DNA from: Spirochaetia bacterium
Lineage (GTDB): Bacteria; Spirochaetota; Spirochaetia; WTKD01; G963693115
Length of the DNA: 64,000 nucleotides
Reading direction: 5' to 3'
Assembly: GCA_965218205.1 (NCBI GenBank)
Contig: OZ244590.1
Location: forward strand, 840,857 to 904,856
Shown here: positions 21,108-31,783 of the stretch, piece after piece
How positions within the stretch are numbered: the stretch's first letter is position 1
How the letters are laid out: every line of letters starts with the position of its first letter
Made by a program: the position numbers and the translations under genes
Notes under the pieces: model-generated
Databases searched by the model: none
Told to the model about the DNA's origin: nothing
Seen by the model: only the letters and a program-made list of their open reading frames with translations

Positions 21108-21124
21108 AAATAAAGCCCTTTTTT
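21108..21124. repeat. 17-bp direct repeat (AAATAAAGCCCTTTTTT), right flank of IS copy A.
   Basis: Identical to 19877-19893. Confidence 0.85.
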
Positions 21125-21167
21125 TTATTGACTTTTATTGATTTTTATATTACTATAAAAAAGATAC

Positions 21168-21241
21168 GCCATCTTAGCTCAGCTGGCTAGAGCACGTGAC
21201 TTGTAATCTCGGGGTCGTCAGTTCGAATCTGACAGATGGCT
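21168..21241 (+). tRNA. tRNA-Thr (anticodon UGU).
   Basis: Acceptor GCCATCT/AGATGGC, D-arm GCTC...GAGC, anticodon loop CTTGTAA, T-arm GTCAG-TTCGAAT-CTGAC. Confidence 0.8.
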
Positions 21242-21246
21242 AAACA

Positions 21247-21328
21247 GGGGAGTTTCCCGAGCGGTCAAAGGGGGCAGACTGTAAATCTGTTGGCGTCGCC
21301 TTCGCAGGTTCGAATCCTGCACTCCCCA
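21247..21328 (+). tRNA. tRNA-Tyr (anticodon GUA), class II with a long variable arm.
   Basis: Acceptor GGGGAGT/ACTCCCC, anticodon stem GCAGA/TCTGT with loop CTGTAAA, long variable arm, T-arm GCAGG-TTCGAAT-CCTGC. Confidence 0.85.
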
Positions 21329-21604
21329 AAATGTATTGCAAATATATTGCGTAATGCTTGAATTATTGAAAGGAATGTGTAGATCTATAATAGAGAAGGA
21401 AATAAGTATCGCAGTCGTGTTTTGTATTACGTTAATAGTAAGCTCTTAGTTTTTATCTGTTTTTCTTTTAGTATTTATTGATTTTATATGATTGTAATGA
21501 TAGCATTAAATATGTGTGGTAGTATATATATGAGAGATATGTACTATAGTGTATAATGAAATTATACCAGAGGTATAATAAAATATATTATTTTTGTTAC
21601 AAGT

Positions 21605-22567
21605 ATGAAATTTTGTTGTAGAGGAGTCAGAGGATCTCGCACTGTTATCAATACAGTTGAAGACTATATGCATAATTTTGCACGATTCTTTCTGTCCCTT
21701 GATAAGCATGAGCTTCTTTCTCTTGGTGATGATTTAGAGTCAGTAAAGAAGCATTTCTACTCAGTGTCTTCGCGTGAAAAAATGCATTCAATACTAGGGT
21801 ATGGAAATAATACTCCTTGTGTTGAATTACAGTGTGATGATGAGGATACATCCTTTATTTTTGATCTTGGAAGTGGTGCTAGTAATATTGTTCTTCCTAA
21901 GCACTTAAAGTCGGTCCATATATTTTTTTCACATTTTCATTATGACCATATTATTGGTATTCCTTTTACAAAATTTTTACAAAGAAAAGATATTGATATT
22001 CATTTTTATAGTCCTGTTGAAAATTTTGAAAAAATAGTTCGTGATTATCTACAACCGCCCTTTTTTCCTATTGATTTAGATATAATTACAAGGTACAATA
22101 AAAAAGTATATTTTCATTCATTACATGATAAAAAGAGTATAAACATAGCAGGAAAAGATATAACATGGATGGAGCTTAATCATCCTGGTGTTTCTTATGC
22201 ATATAAAGTGAAAGATGGAAGTAAATCATTTTGTTATTTTACTGATGTAAATATAATAGATGACTATTTTTTTGCATCGGAAGAAAGAACCTTATTTTTA
22301 GATACTATTGATAGTATGATTATTGATGCATCACTTAATTTTGCTGATTCATTGCAGAAAAGATCGTGGGGACACACCAATATTTATGAAGGAGTAAATT
22401 TTGCAACAAAATGGGGAGTAAAAAAAATATATCTTTTTCATTATGATCCAGAAGATAGTGAGCTTGCAATTAATATAGGGTATCAAACTGCTCTTTGGTA
22501 TAAGAAAATGGTATCTTCACAGACAAAAATTTTTCTTTCTCATGAAGGACAGTGGGTTACCGTATAA
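21605..22567 (+). CDS. MBL-fold metallo-hydrolase (RNase Z/ElaC-like or a related phosphodiesterase).
   Basis: HxHxDH motif (FFSHFHYDHIIG) and the downstream His/Asp ligands typical of the metallo-beta-lactamase fold. Confidence 0.55.
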   Translation: MKFCCRGVRGSRTVINTVEDYMHNFARFFLSLDKHELLSLGDDLESVKKHFYSVSSREKMHSILGYGNNTPCVELQCDDEDTSFIFDLGSGASNIVLPKHLKSVHIFFSHFHYDHIIGIPFTKFLQRKDIDIHFYSPVENFEKIVRDYLQPPFFPIDLDIITRYNKKVYFHSLHDKKSINIAGKDITWMELNHPGVSYAYKVKDGSKSFCYFTDVNIIDDYFFASEERTLFLDTIDSMIIDASLNFADSLQKRSWGHTNIYEGVNFATKWGVKKIYLFHYDPEDSELAINIGYQTALWYKKMVSSQTKIFLSHEGQWVTV

Positions 22568-22816
22568 TTGAAAGTATCAGATTCTTCTTTAGAGTCAAAT
22601 ATGTATACTCTCTTATGTGATGAAAAAGAATTGAAGGAAATGTATGCTGTTCTTTGTTCTTTTGAAAATTTACCGAGTAGTTTATGGAATTTGCAAAAAA
22701 GAATAGGAAAGTTACTTACAAAGAAAATAACGGTACACGAATTGCTTACAATGAAGAGTAGGATGAAGCATCTATTCCTTGGGACATTGATTGAAAAAAA
22801 TGAGAAGTTAGATTGA
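22568..22816 (+). CDS. Hypothetical small protein (82 aa).
   Basis: ORF only; abuts dnaG. Confidence 0.3.
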   Translation: MKVSDSSLESNMYTLLCDEKELKEMYAVLCSFENLPSSLWNLQKRIGKLLTKKITVHELLTMKSRMKHLFLGTLIEKNEKLD

Positions 22817-24726
22817 TCATGAATTCATTATTAAACAAAGGCTTTATTTCTAAGCACATTATAGATGAGATTGAAAGAAAAATTGACATAGTATCAGTCA
22901 TTGGGCGTTATGTTGCACTTCATAAACGAGGAGGAAAATATTGGGGATTAAGTCCTTTCAAAGTAGAAAAGACTCCATCGTTTACTGTTGATCCTGTAAA
23001 GAAATTGTATTATTGTTTTAGTACACAGCAAGGAGGAAATGTATTTACTTTCATTAAATCTGTTGAAAATGTCAATTTTGTAAATGCTGTGCATATCCTA
23101 GCAAAAGAAGCAGGGGTTGTTATTCCTGATGTGCAACATGCTTCTACAGGGAAAGCCCAAGATGAAAATAGTGTCTATGAGAGAGTGCTTAAGATACTAT
23201 CGTATATAAGTGAGCAGAGTGTTGCTCTGTTATCTCATGATCCACAGGCTTATACGGTGAGAGAATATCTTCATAGAAGAAACATACATCAGGATAGTAT
23301 ACAACGCTTTCGTTTGGGATATGTTCCACCTAAAAGAGATTGGGCTTATCAGCTTTTGAAGCAAAAAGGGTTTAGTGATCATGAAATGGCATCTTCTGGG
23401 TTATTTAGTAAAAAATCTCCACAATACTGTCTTTTTACACAGCGATTGGTGTTTCCTATTATGAAATTATACGGACAAGTTGTTGCTTTTGGTGGGCGTT
23501 TATTAGAAGGAGAGGGACCTAAGTATCTTAATTCTCCACAAAGTAGCTTTTTTGAGAAGAAACAAATGGTGTATGGTTTGTATGAGGCTACACAAGGAAA
23601 ATATAATTTTGAAAAACTCTATGTAGTTGAGGGATATTTTGACGTTATTGCTATGCATCAAGCTGGTATCACTAATACAGTGGCTCCATTAGGTACTGCA
23701 TTTACTGTTGAGCATGCACGAATACTACGAAGGTTTACGGATACCATCGTACTGGTGTTTGATAACGATGAGGCAGGGAGACAAGCTGCATTGCGTGCAG
23801 CAACTATATGTGAGAGCATAGGGTTTCGAGCTATTCGTACAGTAGAGCTTCCAAAAAAAGATGTGGCTGATATTCTACAAGAGTATGGAGAAGGAGGCGT
23901 AAGAGATGAAGTACTTGAAGATAGGGATTTTTTTGATTATTATATTGATAGGTTACTTTTAGGACAGAACGAAAGTCAAGAGTATAGAGAAAAGGCTTTG
24001 TTAGAGATAAGTTCGTATATTTCTGGTGTGTCACTAGGGTATAGAAAGGAAATGTATCTTGCAAAGGTTACACAGTTATTTGGAGTAACAAAAGCTACAT
24101 TACAGGGGATTATGAAATATATGCCAAAACAAAGGGGGGATGGAAACAGTACTCATTATGAAGAACAGCATGATTCTACTGGGGTAACACAGCAGAAGCC
24201 GAGTAAAAAAGTTTCAAAAACAGCTGAATTATTGTTTGTAGCAGCATTAAGTTATAATCTTACAAATTATGAGGTGATAAGACGAGAGATAGCAGCAGAT
24301 GATTTACTTGATAGTAATGCAAAGCATGTGTATCTGAAAATAGAAGAATTATACAGAACAGATACTCTTAGTTTTACAGAGTTAATGGAACAGATTGACC
24401 AAGATGTGGCTACTACTATTCGTACCTTAGTGTTTAGCGGAGAAGTTTCAAAGTATGCTAATGTGTTAGTAACAGAGTTTATAGATAAGCATAAAATATT
24501 AAAATATCGTCATAGAAGCAATGAAATAAATAGGTTGCTTGCAATAAAAGAGCAACAGCTTGTTCAACAAAATGCTTTGGGTGATGGTAATGTTTTGTTA
24601 ATGAGAAAGGAGATGAAGGAACTTTTAGAAGAGAAAAAGTATATCAATACTATGCTGCTACACCTCAGTAAAAATAAAGGAAATGGCAGTAATAGTGATG
24701 ATGGAAAGACATATTCTGCGGTATAA
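22813..24726 (+). CDS. dnaG: DNA primase DnaG.
   Basis: Zinc-binding domain (GLSPFKVEKTPSFTV...YYCFSTQQGGNVFTF), TOPRIM (LYVVEGYFDVIAMHQAG...VFDNDEAG), and a C-terminal helicase-interaction region. Confidence 0.9.
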   Translation: MIMNSLLNKGFISKHIIDEIERKIDIVSVIGRYVALHKRGGKYWGLSPFKVEKTPSFTVDPVKKLYYCFSTQQGGNVFTFIKSVENVNFVNAVHILAKEAGVVIPDVQHASTGKAQDENSVYERVLKILSYISEQSVALLSHDPQAYTVREYLHRRNIHQDSIQRFRLGYVPPKRDWAYQLLKQKGFSDHEMASSGLFSKKSPQYCLFTQRLVFPIMKLYGQVVAFGGRLLEGEGPKYLNSPQSSFFEKKQMVYGLYEATQGKYNFEKLYVVEGYFDVIAMHQAGITNTVAPLGTAFTVEHARILRRFTDTIVLVFDNDEAGRQAALRAATICESIGFRAIRTVELPKKDVADILQEYGEGGVRDEVLEDRDFFDYYIDRLLLGQNESQEYREKALLEISSYISGVSLGYRKEMYLAKVTQLFGVTKATLQGIMKYMPKQRGDGNSTHYEEQHDSTGVTQQKPSKKVSKTAELLFVAALSYNLTNYEVIRREIAADDLLDSNAKHVYLKIEELYRTDTLSFTELMEQIDQDVATTIRTLVFSGEVSKYANVLVTEFIDKHKILKYRHRSNEINRLLAIKEQQLVQQNALGDGNVLLMRKEMKELLEEKKYINTMLLHLSKNKGNGSNSDDGKTYSAV

Positions 24727-24848
24727 TTTTTATTGTACTGATAGTTAAAAAAATAGCTAAAAAGCTAGTTAAAAAAACAGCAAAAAGATGGATTTACTAT
24801 AATAATATAGGTATATATATGCACTATAAACATAAAAAAGGATAGCGT

Positions 24849-26981
24849 ATGGAAAAAAAAGAGAAAAAAAGTAATATTACAAAGAAGAAGCAAAAAATGG
24901 ATGAAAATAAGAAAATAAAAAGCAGTATTACTGAAAAAAAGAACATTGCAGTGAGTGCTAAAAAGAATGTTCCTAAAAAAGAGGTAAAAAAGAAGAGTAG
25001 TACTACAGAGAAAAAAGGAGTAGATAAGGAAACAAAAATTTCTCGTAGTAGCAAAAAAAATGCTACTACTGTTGGTAAGAAAGCAAAAGTAAGTGTAAAG
25101 CTAAGTAATGTTGATGTACAGAAAGATGTACAGAAAAAGGAAAATGTACCTAAGAGAAAGAAGAAGTCATCTGAGTCTACTGCTGTCAAAAAGAAGGTTG
25201 CAGCTTCGGCAGAGGATATGCTTGGGACTGATATGGATGAGGCGAGTTATAGCGTACAATTACCAAAGGATATTCAAGATAGTGTTGATGAGTTGTTATT
25301 GGACGCTAATGTAAAGACACCAATATCCGTTGATAAGCTCATAGAAGGGGTGAGTAGTGATGAGATGATAAGCGCTAAAAATGTTAAGAATATTTTGAGT
25401 TATGTACAAAAAAGAGGTTTTACGGTAACGGACATTGATTTAGAAGGAAAGGATGGTTTGATAAGTGATGTAGATGAGAATGAGGATACCATTAATGATC
25501 CTGTTCGACTGTATTTGCGAGAAATAGGGAGAAAAAAATTATTAAGTGCAGAGGATGAAATAAATCTTGCACGTGAAATGAGGGAAGGTGAGCAAAAAAT
25601 TGCAAGTATCATAAAAACATCAGGATTATTTTTGTTAGAGCTAAACAATATAATGTTCAATATGAAAAAGACAAAAGATAATGATACCGAATCTGATACC
25701 TTACATAAATCTGAAAATGAAGAGTTCGATTCTAATATAGAAATTAAGCGTTTGTCTCAGCTGTATAGATCTATTATTAGTCAGATTGAAAATCCTTTGA
25801 CACAGTATTTACACTTAAAGAAAAAAGCGTTTATGAATGGGGAAAATTTTTTTGATGATCCTGCTATTCTTAAGCTGAGAGAAGGTATATTTAAGAAGAT
25901 TAAAAAGGTTGTAATTGATGCATCAGAAATACAACGGATAACTGATGTGTTTTTCTCTATCTTAAAGACTATTGAGGGATATAAAAAACGAAAGCAAACT
26001 ATATGTAATTTATTTCAAGTAAGAGACCCTAAGGAAGTACGAAAGTTTGGACGTAATTTAATTACCGCTACGCAGAGAAAAGAAATATATCAAAAGTTGG
26101 GGATTTCTATTTCTGATATAAAAAAGTATATACAAGAATTTAAGGAAGCTGATAAACGCTTGTCTCATGTAGAATACTATTATGATATGACATTACAAGA
26201 GATAAAGGATATGCTGTCTAAAATTGCAAGATTACACCTTCATCTTCAAGAGGTAAAGGAAAATCTTATTGAATCTAATTTGCGATTAGTGGTGAGTATT
26301 GCAAAAAAATATACAAATAGAGGACTTATGTTATTTGATCTTGTACAAGAAGGAAATCTTGGTTTAGTAAGAGCGGTGGAAAAATTTGAATACTTGAAAG
26401 GCTTTAAGTTTTCTACCTATGCAACATGGTGGATTCGACAAGCAATAACGAGAGCTATTTCTGATCAAGCGAGAACTATTCGTGTTCCTGTGCATATGAT
26501 AGAACAGATAAACAAGGTATCACGGGTAGAGAAAAAGCTCATGCAAGGATTAGGAAGGGAAGTGAGTGATGAAGAGATAGCAGAAAATTTAGGATGGGAA
26601 AAAAATAAAGTGAAGAATGTTCGTAATGTGTCGCGTGAGCCTATTTCTTTAGAGACTCCTGTTGGGGAAGAAGATGATTCGTTGTTGAGTGATTTTGTAG
26701 AAGATAAGAGTACTCATTCTCCAAATCAGCTTACATCGTTTTATTTATTGCAAGAACAGTTACGGGAAGTGCTGTCAACATTGCCTCATCGTGAACAACA
26801 GGTCATTCGTTTGCGTTTTGGGTTGGACGATGGATATCCTCTCACTTTGGAAGAGGTTGGGTTGCATTTTAATGTAACGCGTGAGCGTATTCGGCAAATA
26901 GAATCAAAGGCATTGAAACGTCTTCAAAATTCGCGATTTAGACTAAAATTACGTGACTATCTTGAAGAAGATGAGAAATAG
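24849..26981 (+). CDS. rpoD: RNA polymerase primary sigma factor RpoD with a ~230-aa lysine-rich N-terminal extension.
   Basis: Region 1.2 ([12 protein letters not shown]), region 2 ([54 protein letters not shown]), region 3, and region 4 ([28 protein letters not shown]). Confidence 0.9.
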   Translation: MEKKEKKSNITKKKQKMDENKKIKSSITEKKNIAVSAKKNVPKKEVKKKSSTTEKKGVDKETKISRSSKKNATTVGKKAKVSVKLSNVDVQKDVQKKENVPKRKKKSSESTAVKKKVAASAEDMLGTDMDEASYSVQLPKDIQDSVDELLLDANVKTPISVDKLIEGVSSDEMISAKNVKNILSYVQKRGFTVTDIDLEGKDGLISDVDENEDTINDPVRLYLREIGRKKLLSAEDEINLAREMREGEQKIASIIKTSGLFLLELNNIMFNMKKTKDNDTESDTLHKSENEEFDSNIEIKRLSQLYRSIISQIENPLTQYLHLKKKAFMNGENFFDDPAILKLREGIFKKIKKVVIDASEIQRITDVFFSILKTIEGYKKRKQTICNLFQVRDPKEVRKFGRNLITATQRKEIYQKLGISISDIKKYIQEFKEADKRLSHVEYYYDMTLQEIKDMLSKIARLHLHLQEVKENLIESNLRLVVSIAKKYTNRGLMLFDLVQEGNLGLVRAVEKFEYLKGFKFSTYATWWIRQAITRAISDQARTIRVPVHMIEQINKVSRVEKKLMQGLGREVSDEEIAENLGWEKNKVKNVRNVSREPISLETPVGEEDDSLLSDFVEDKSTHSPNQLTSFYLLQEQLREVLSTLPHREQQVIRLRFGLDDGYPLTLEEVGLHFNVTRERIRQIESKALKRLQNSRFRLKLRDYLEEDEK

Positions 26982-26994
26982 TGTATAATAGATT

Positions 26995-27987
26995 ATGAGA
27001 GATACTATAGTGGAGGAAAGAGTGCTAAAAAATACATTAGAACAATTAAGAAAATTTCAGGAGATTCTTAACCAAAAATTTGAAGTTGAAAAACAGCTTC
27101 AGGAACTTCCTAAGGAAATTGAACGAAGAGATGAAATAGTCATTCGTATGAAAGAAAATTTCCTTGAGTTTAATGATAAGCGAAATGCTTTAAAGAAAGA
27201 AATCATTGTTAAGCGAGATGAGCTTGATAAAGTGGTAGAGAAAACGTCTAAACTTGAAAAAGAAGTGGGAAACGTAAGTTCTCAGCGAGATTATGAACAA
27301 ATTGATAGGGCTATTAAGGATAATAATGAGTCTGAGCAAACCTTACGTAGAGAAATACAAGTAGCTGAGAAAAAGATACATGATTTTCAAGAAGAGTTTA
27401 CGAATGCAGAAACATTGTTGCAAGAACAAGAGCTTTCTCTTATGAATATTAAGGATAAAATTGAACAAGATATTATAAAGTATGAAGTGCAGCTGAAAGA
27501 ACTGGAAGCAAAGAAACAAGAAGTGACAATGTATATGGAAGATAATCTAGTGTTTAAGTTTGAGCGCATTCTAAAGTCGAGGGAAGGTGATGGTATTGTT
27601 CCTATTCGGCAGAATGTATGTTATGGGTGTCATATGCTCCTTCCTCTTAAGATAGTAAATGAAGTATGTGAAGAACAGAGGGTAGTCACTTGTCCTTATT
27701 GTTCTAAAATTTTATTTTATGATGGAGATAGCGATAAAGAAGAAGTTGAGAACATAGAGATTGCAGGGTTGAAAGATCTTATTGATACTCAAGATATTTC
27801 TCTTGATGATTTTGATGAAGAGGACTATCATAGTTTTATGCAAAAAGATGATCTAGGATCTGATGAGTATATTCCTGCTCAAAATTTAGAAGAGATGGAA
27901 GATGAGATAGAGGATGATTTAGACGATGATGAGATAGAGGATGAATTAGGTGACGATATAGAGGATGAAGATTTAAGTGATGAGTAA
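26995..27987 (+). CDS. Zinc-ribbon coiled-coil protein (COG1579/DUF164-like) with an acidic C-terminal tail.
   Basis: Long coiled coil, then CYGCHMLLP...CPYCSKILF C4 zinc ribbon, then a D/E-rich tail. Confidence 0.6.
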   Translation: MRDTIVEERVLKNTLEQLRKFQEILNQKFEVEKQLQELPKEIERRDEIVIRMKENFLEFNDKRNALKKEIIVKRDELDKVVEKTSKLEKEVGNVSSQRDYEQIDRAIKDNNESEQTLRREIQVAEKKIHDFQEEFTNAETLLQEQELSLMNIKDKIEQDIIKYEVQLKELEAKKQEVTMYMEDNLVFKFERILKSREGDGIVPIRQNVCYGCHMLLPLKIVNEVCEEQRVVTCPYCSKILFYDGDSDKEEVENIEIAGLKDLIDTQDISLDDFDEEDYHSFMQKDDLGSDEYIPAQNLEEMEDEIEDDLDDDEIEDELGDDIEDEDLSDE

Positions 27988-28041
27988 TACTCTATATACA
28001 TAGCTGGTATTTGTATGTATAATAAGATGAGAACAATTATA

Positions 28042-28357
28042 GGTAGTAAGGGGTACTGCTACAATTATTTGTAGAGGAAAGTCCGGACTCCACAGAGAAA
28101 GTCACTGGGTAATGCCCAGCGAGCGTGAGCTTAGAGAAAGTGCCACAGAAAATATACCGCCAAAAGGTAAGGGTGAAAAGGTAAGGTAAGAGCTTACCGA
28201 TTTTATAGCAATATAAAATGCATGGTAAACCTTGACTGGAGCAAAACTAGAAAGTAAAGGATCTCTCGTCTTTATTTACAGGTAAGTTGCAAGAATACAG
28301 TACAATACTGTATCAAGATAAATGGTGCCCATTACAGAATCCGGCTTATGTACTGCC
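28042..28357 (+). ncRNA. rnpB: RNase P RNA (bacterial type A), compact.
   Basis: Conserved blocks: AGGAAAGTCCGGACTCCACAG (P4 5' strand), GGTAAGGGTGAAAAGGT...GGTAAGAGC, GGTAAACC...GGAGCAA, and ACAGAATCCGGCTTA (P4 3' strand). P1 GGTAGTA pairs with TACTGCC at the 3' end. Confidence 0.8.
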
Positions 28358-28444
28358 TATAGTTGTTTTTACTTTTTAAGATTTTCTTTATAGTGTATAA
28401 TCAATAGTGAGTGTAGATATATACTGTATAATTAGGGAGGGAAT

Positions 28445-29359
28445 GTGAGGAAAACTCATTTATTTCTTATTATTGTATTACTTATAAGCATTCTCTTTAT
28501 TGGATATTTTGTGTTTCGTGGTCTATTTATACAAAGTAGGGAAAGAGAGGTACATTTACATACTATCAATAAGTATTGGAATGCACAGGATTATGAAGGA
28601 CTCATAGAGTTTGTAGATACATATCAAACACAATTTTTAGATGATGATTATGTAATGCTTTTGAAAGGATTCTCTCTTTTTAATGTTATTTTTTTAGAAA
28701 GCATCCATGATTTAACTACCCTTAATCATCAAAAATTATGGGAGGCTATTCGGTATATACGCAGAGTGATTGCTTTACATAGCTCAAATGAGTGGATAGC
28801 TGAAGCATATTATGTGTTAGGAAAAGCGTATTATTTTTTATCAAAAAATAATCTTAATAAATCTATAGCTTATTTTGAGATGGCACAAGCACAAGGGTTT
28901 TATTTAGAAGATATGAATGAATATTTGATAGCTGCTTATAGGGAACTAGGGGATATTGAGATGCTTGAAACGATACTTATACGTTCAATTCAAGAGAATC
29001 CAAAGTTTGAATATTTTGAAATATTACTGGATCTGTATTTAGAAACAAAGCAAGATAATAATATTTCTGATACAATAAAAAAAGCAGAGCAATTTGTAGT
29101 TTCACAAGCTGATACTGAAGCATTAACGATTATAGAAGCAAGACATTTAATGAATAACAATCAGCTTGATAAAGCAGAAGCATTATTGCTCAATATTTTA
29201 GAATCCAATGTACAGTCTGCACAAGCCTATTTTTTTCTAGGAAATGTATATGAAAGAATGGGGAAAATGGTAAAGGCACGCTTTAATTGGAGGCAAGCAT
29301 ATAAATTACGGCCTACATGGGAGGAAGTAATTATAAAACTAAAAGATAATAATAGCTAA
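28445..29359 (+). CDS. TPR-repeat protein with an N-terminal signal anchor.
   Basis: N-terminal TM helix and several TPR-like helical repeats (AYYVLGKAYYF..., AYFFLGNVYERMGK). Confidence 0.55.
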   Translation: MRKTHLFLIIVLLISILFIGYFVFRGLFIQSREREVHLHTINKYWNAQDYEGLIEFVDTYQTQFLDDDYVMLLKGFSLFNVIFLESIHDLTTLNHQKLWEAIRYIRRVIALHSSNEWIAEAYYVLGKAYYFLSKNNLNKSIAYFEMAQAQGFYLEDMNEYLIAAYRELGDIEMLETILIRSIQENPKFEYFEILLDLYLETKQDNNISDTIKKAEQFVVSQADTEALTIIEARHLMNNNQLDKAEALLLNILESNVQSAQAYFFLGNVYERMGKMVKARFNWRQAYKLRPTWEEVIIKLKDNNS

Positions 29360-29381
29360 GTAAAAGCACAAAGAGGGAGCA

Positions 29382-30401
29382 ATGGGTTTTTTTTCTAATT
29401 TTATTCGTTCTGATATTGGGATTGATTTAGGTACTTGTAATACATTGGTTGCAGTATATAATAAAGGCATTGTAATTGATGAGCCTTCGGTGGTGGTAGT
29501 ACATCTTGAGACTAACAAGATTATTGCGGTAGGAAAGGAAGCACAATCAATGTTACACAGGACTCCTGGCTACTATGATGTCATATGTCCATTACGGGAT
29601 GGTGTAATAGCAGATTTGGGGATGACAGAGAGGATGATTCGTCATTTTTTAGGAAAGGTATTACAACATAGGCGTTTCATCAGTCCTCGTATTGCTATTG
29701 GAGTTCCTTCTTGTATTACCGATGTAGAGAAACGAGCAGTAGTCGAATGTGCAGAAAGAGCAGGTGCGCGTCAGATACGGGTAATACATGAATCACTTGC
29801 TGCAGCAATAGGGGCAGATCTTCCTATTTATGAACCTGAAGGGAACATGATTTGTGATATTGGGGGCGGAACTACTGAAATATCTGTGTTGTCTTTAGGG
29901 GGCATGGTAATATCTAATGCAATTCGGGTAGGAGGAGATGAATTTGATGAGGCTATTATACGTAAAATTCGTAATGAACATAACATAACAATAAAACAAC
30001 CGACTGCAGAAAAAATAAAGAAAACTATAGGTACACTTGATCCGCAGGATAATAGCGATGTGATGGAAATTCGAGGAAGAGATGCTTTGACAGGCTTACC
30101 AAAGAAATTAGAAATTAACAGTCGTGAGATAAGCGAAGCTCTTATGGAGCCATTTAATATTATTATTGATGAAGTGAAAAAAACCTTAGCACAAACTCCT
30201 GATGAGCTGGTATCAGATATTATTGAAAGAGGTATTGTGTTAGCAGGTGGTGGGGCTTTGTTAAGAGGTATTGATGCCAAGCTCGCTGAAGGTATTGGGA
30301 TACCAGTAATTATTACAAAAGACCCTCTTCGTTGTGTTGCTGAAGGTGCAGGAAAATATTTTGAGCATGAGAGAAAAATAAAAGCACTGTTTAGACATTA
30401 A
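29382..30401 (+). CDS. mreB: Rod-shape-determining protein MreB.
   Basis: Actin-fold phosphate-1 motif (DIGIDLGTCNTLVAV), DIGGGTTEISV, and LAGGGALLRGID. Confidence 0.9.
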   Translation: MGFFSNFIRSDIGIDLGTCNTLVAVYNKGIVIDEPSVVVVHLETNKIIAVGKEAQSMLHRTPGYYDVICPLRDGVIADLGMTERMIRHFLGKVLQHRRFISPRIAIGVPSCITDVEKRAVVECAERAGARQIRVIHESLAAAIGADLPIYEPEGNMICDIGGGTTEISVLSLGGMVISNAIRVGGDEFDEAIIRKIRNEHNITIKQPTAEKIKKTIGTLDPQDNSDVMEIRGRDALTGLPKKLEINSREISEALMEPFNIIIDEVKKTLAQTPDELVSDIIERGIVLAGGGALLRGIDAKLAEGIGIPVIITKDPLRCVAEGAGKYFEHERKIKALFRH

Positions 30402-30423
30402 TAATGTTGTTATTGTATTAGTA

Positions 30424-31266
30424 TTGTTGTTGAATTATATGTTCCAAATTCTACAAAAGCGTGTATTTTACTTTATTATATTATTAGTAATTTCAATTCT
30501 TTTTATTGTCAATTATAAGATAAACTCGCGTCTTTTATATAATCTTAGTTCCTATGCTCTTAATACATCGGTAGCAATAAAAGAAGGAATAGGGTATATC
30601 GTGTTCAAGCTCAATAATTTTCGAGAATCTATAGCAAGCAATTTTGTGTTGCGTGAACGTATTAAAACATTAGAAAAGGAAATTTTAGAGTACGAACAAA
30701 ATTATCGTTCTACAGTATCGCTTGATTATCAAATATCACGTTTACAGCAGATGCTGGGATTTTCTCTCAATACTGACTATGAGTTGCTTCCTGCATTTCT
30801 TTATTCTCAAGATACTACATTTCCTCACCGATATTTGATAAACAAAGGGCAACAGGATGGAGTCTATGATGATAATCCTGTGCTTGCTATGTATCAAAAT
30901 AAATTAGTATTTTTAGGAAAAATAAAAGAGAGCTATGATGGTTCTTCTCTGTTTGTTTCGGTCAATGATATAGATTTTTTTGTTCCTGTTATTACTGATG
31001 TTACGAATCAAATAGGTATATTGTATGGGAATGGTATGAGGGATAATACTATGACATTAGAGCTAGATGCTATTTCTGGTATAGAACAATTGTTTGTTGA
31101 TGAGGTGGTGTTAGTCAATGAGTTTTCAAAAAATTATCCTCCAGGTATTCCTATAGGGCGAGTAGTAAATGTCAGTTATGGAAAAGAAGATCTTCTTATT
31201 AGAGCAACAGTGAAACCGTATGTGGATATAAAATCTATTGATATAGTGTTTATATATAAGCAATAA
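30424..31266 (+). CDS. mreC: Rod-shape-determining protein MreC.
   Basis: N-terminal TM helix, coiled coil, C-terminal beta domains. Its position between mreB and mreD supports the call. Confidence 0.7.
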   Translation: MLLNYMFQILQKRVFYFIILLVISILFIVNYKINSRLLYNLSSYALNTSVAIKEGIGYIVFKLNNFRESIASNFVLRERIKTLEKEILEYEQNYRSTVSLDYQISRLQQMLGFSLNTDYELLPAFLYSQDTTFPHRYLINKGQQDGVYDDNPVLAMYQNKLVFLGKIKESYDGSSLFVSVNDIDFFVPVITDVTNQIGILYGNGMRDNTMTLELDAISGIEQLFVDEVVLVNEFSKNYPPGIPIGRVVNVSYGKEDLLIRATVKPYVDIKSIDIVFIYKQ

Positions 31267-31276
31267 AGAGAGTAGT

Positions 31277-31783
31277 ATGTTTATTTTTGTGTTATTGTTT
31301 AAGCATATAGTGCCAGGCATACTATTGCTCTCTATTCAACAGGTTTTGTCCTTGCAAGTACATTCTGCATTTTCTCTTCCTGATGTACTGTACATATATG
31401 TATTATTACTGCTTTACTTTAATGAAGAACAGAACCTGTGGATATTTATTGCTGCTTTTGTTCTCTCTCTTATTCAAGAGTATAATTCTGGTCAGATAAT
31501 AGGTATTACTTCTTTATATTTTCTGCTGTTTTCTTATTTTTATTCTAGGATAAGTAATCTTTTTTCTCATAATACTTTTTTTATCGTTATTGCTGTATTG
31601 TCTTATATAGCATGGATCTGTTTTGAAATTCTTATGCATTTTATATTAGGATTTCCGTTACCTGTATATTTTTTTTCCGTTACTATGTTGGTTAAATTTG
31701 GTATAAACATTGTCATTATTATGATATTTTATTTCTTCTTGTCAGTTATTCTTTCTAAAAAGGATTCAAGATATGAAGAGTAA
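31277..31783 (+). CDS. mreD: Rod-shape-determining protein MreD.
   Basis: Small polytopic membrane protein immediately after mreC and overlapping the mrdA start. Confidence 0.55.
   Translation: MFIFVLLFKHIVPGILLLSIQQVLSLQVHSAFSLPDVLYIYVLLLLYFNEEQNLWIFIAAFVLSLIQEYNSGQIIGITSLYFLLFSYFYSRISNLFSHNTFFIVIAVLSYIAWICFEILMHFILGFPLPVYFFSVTMLVKFGINIVIIMIFYFFLSVILSKKDSRYEE

Noticed and set aside
24824-25189. 121-aa Phe/Leu-rich minus-strand ORF
   Set aside because: It is antisense to the Lys-rich (AAA/AAG-dense) N-terminal extension of rpoD, so the poly-T complement encodes Phe/Leu; this is an artefact.
28042-28357. Possibility that the structured RNA is a tmRNA or riboswitch rather than rnpB
   Set aside because: Multiple universally conserved RNase P RNA blocks (GGAAAGTCCGG...; ACAGAAUCCGGCUUA; GGUAAGGGUGAAA..GGUAAGAGC) are present in the right order, so rnpB is the better call. 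No tmRNA tag-reading frame or T-arm-like 3' end was seen.
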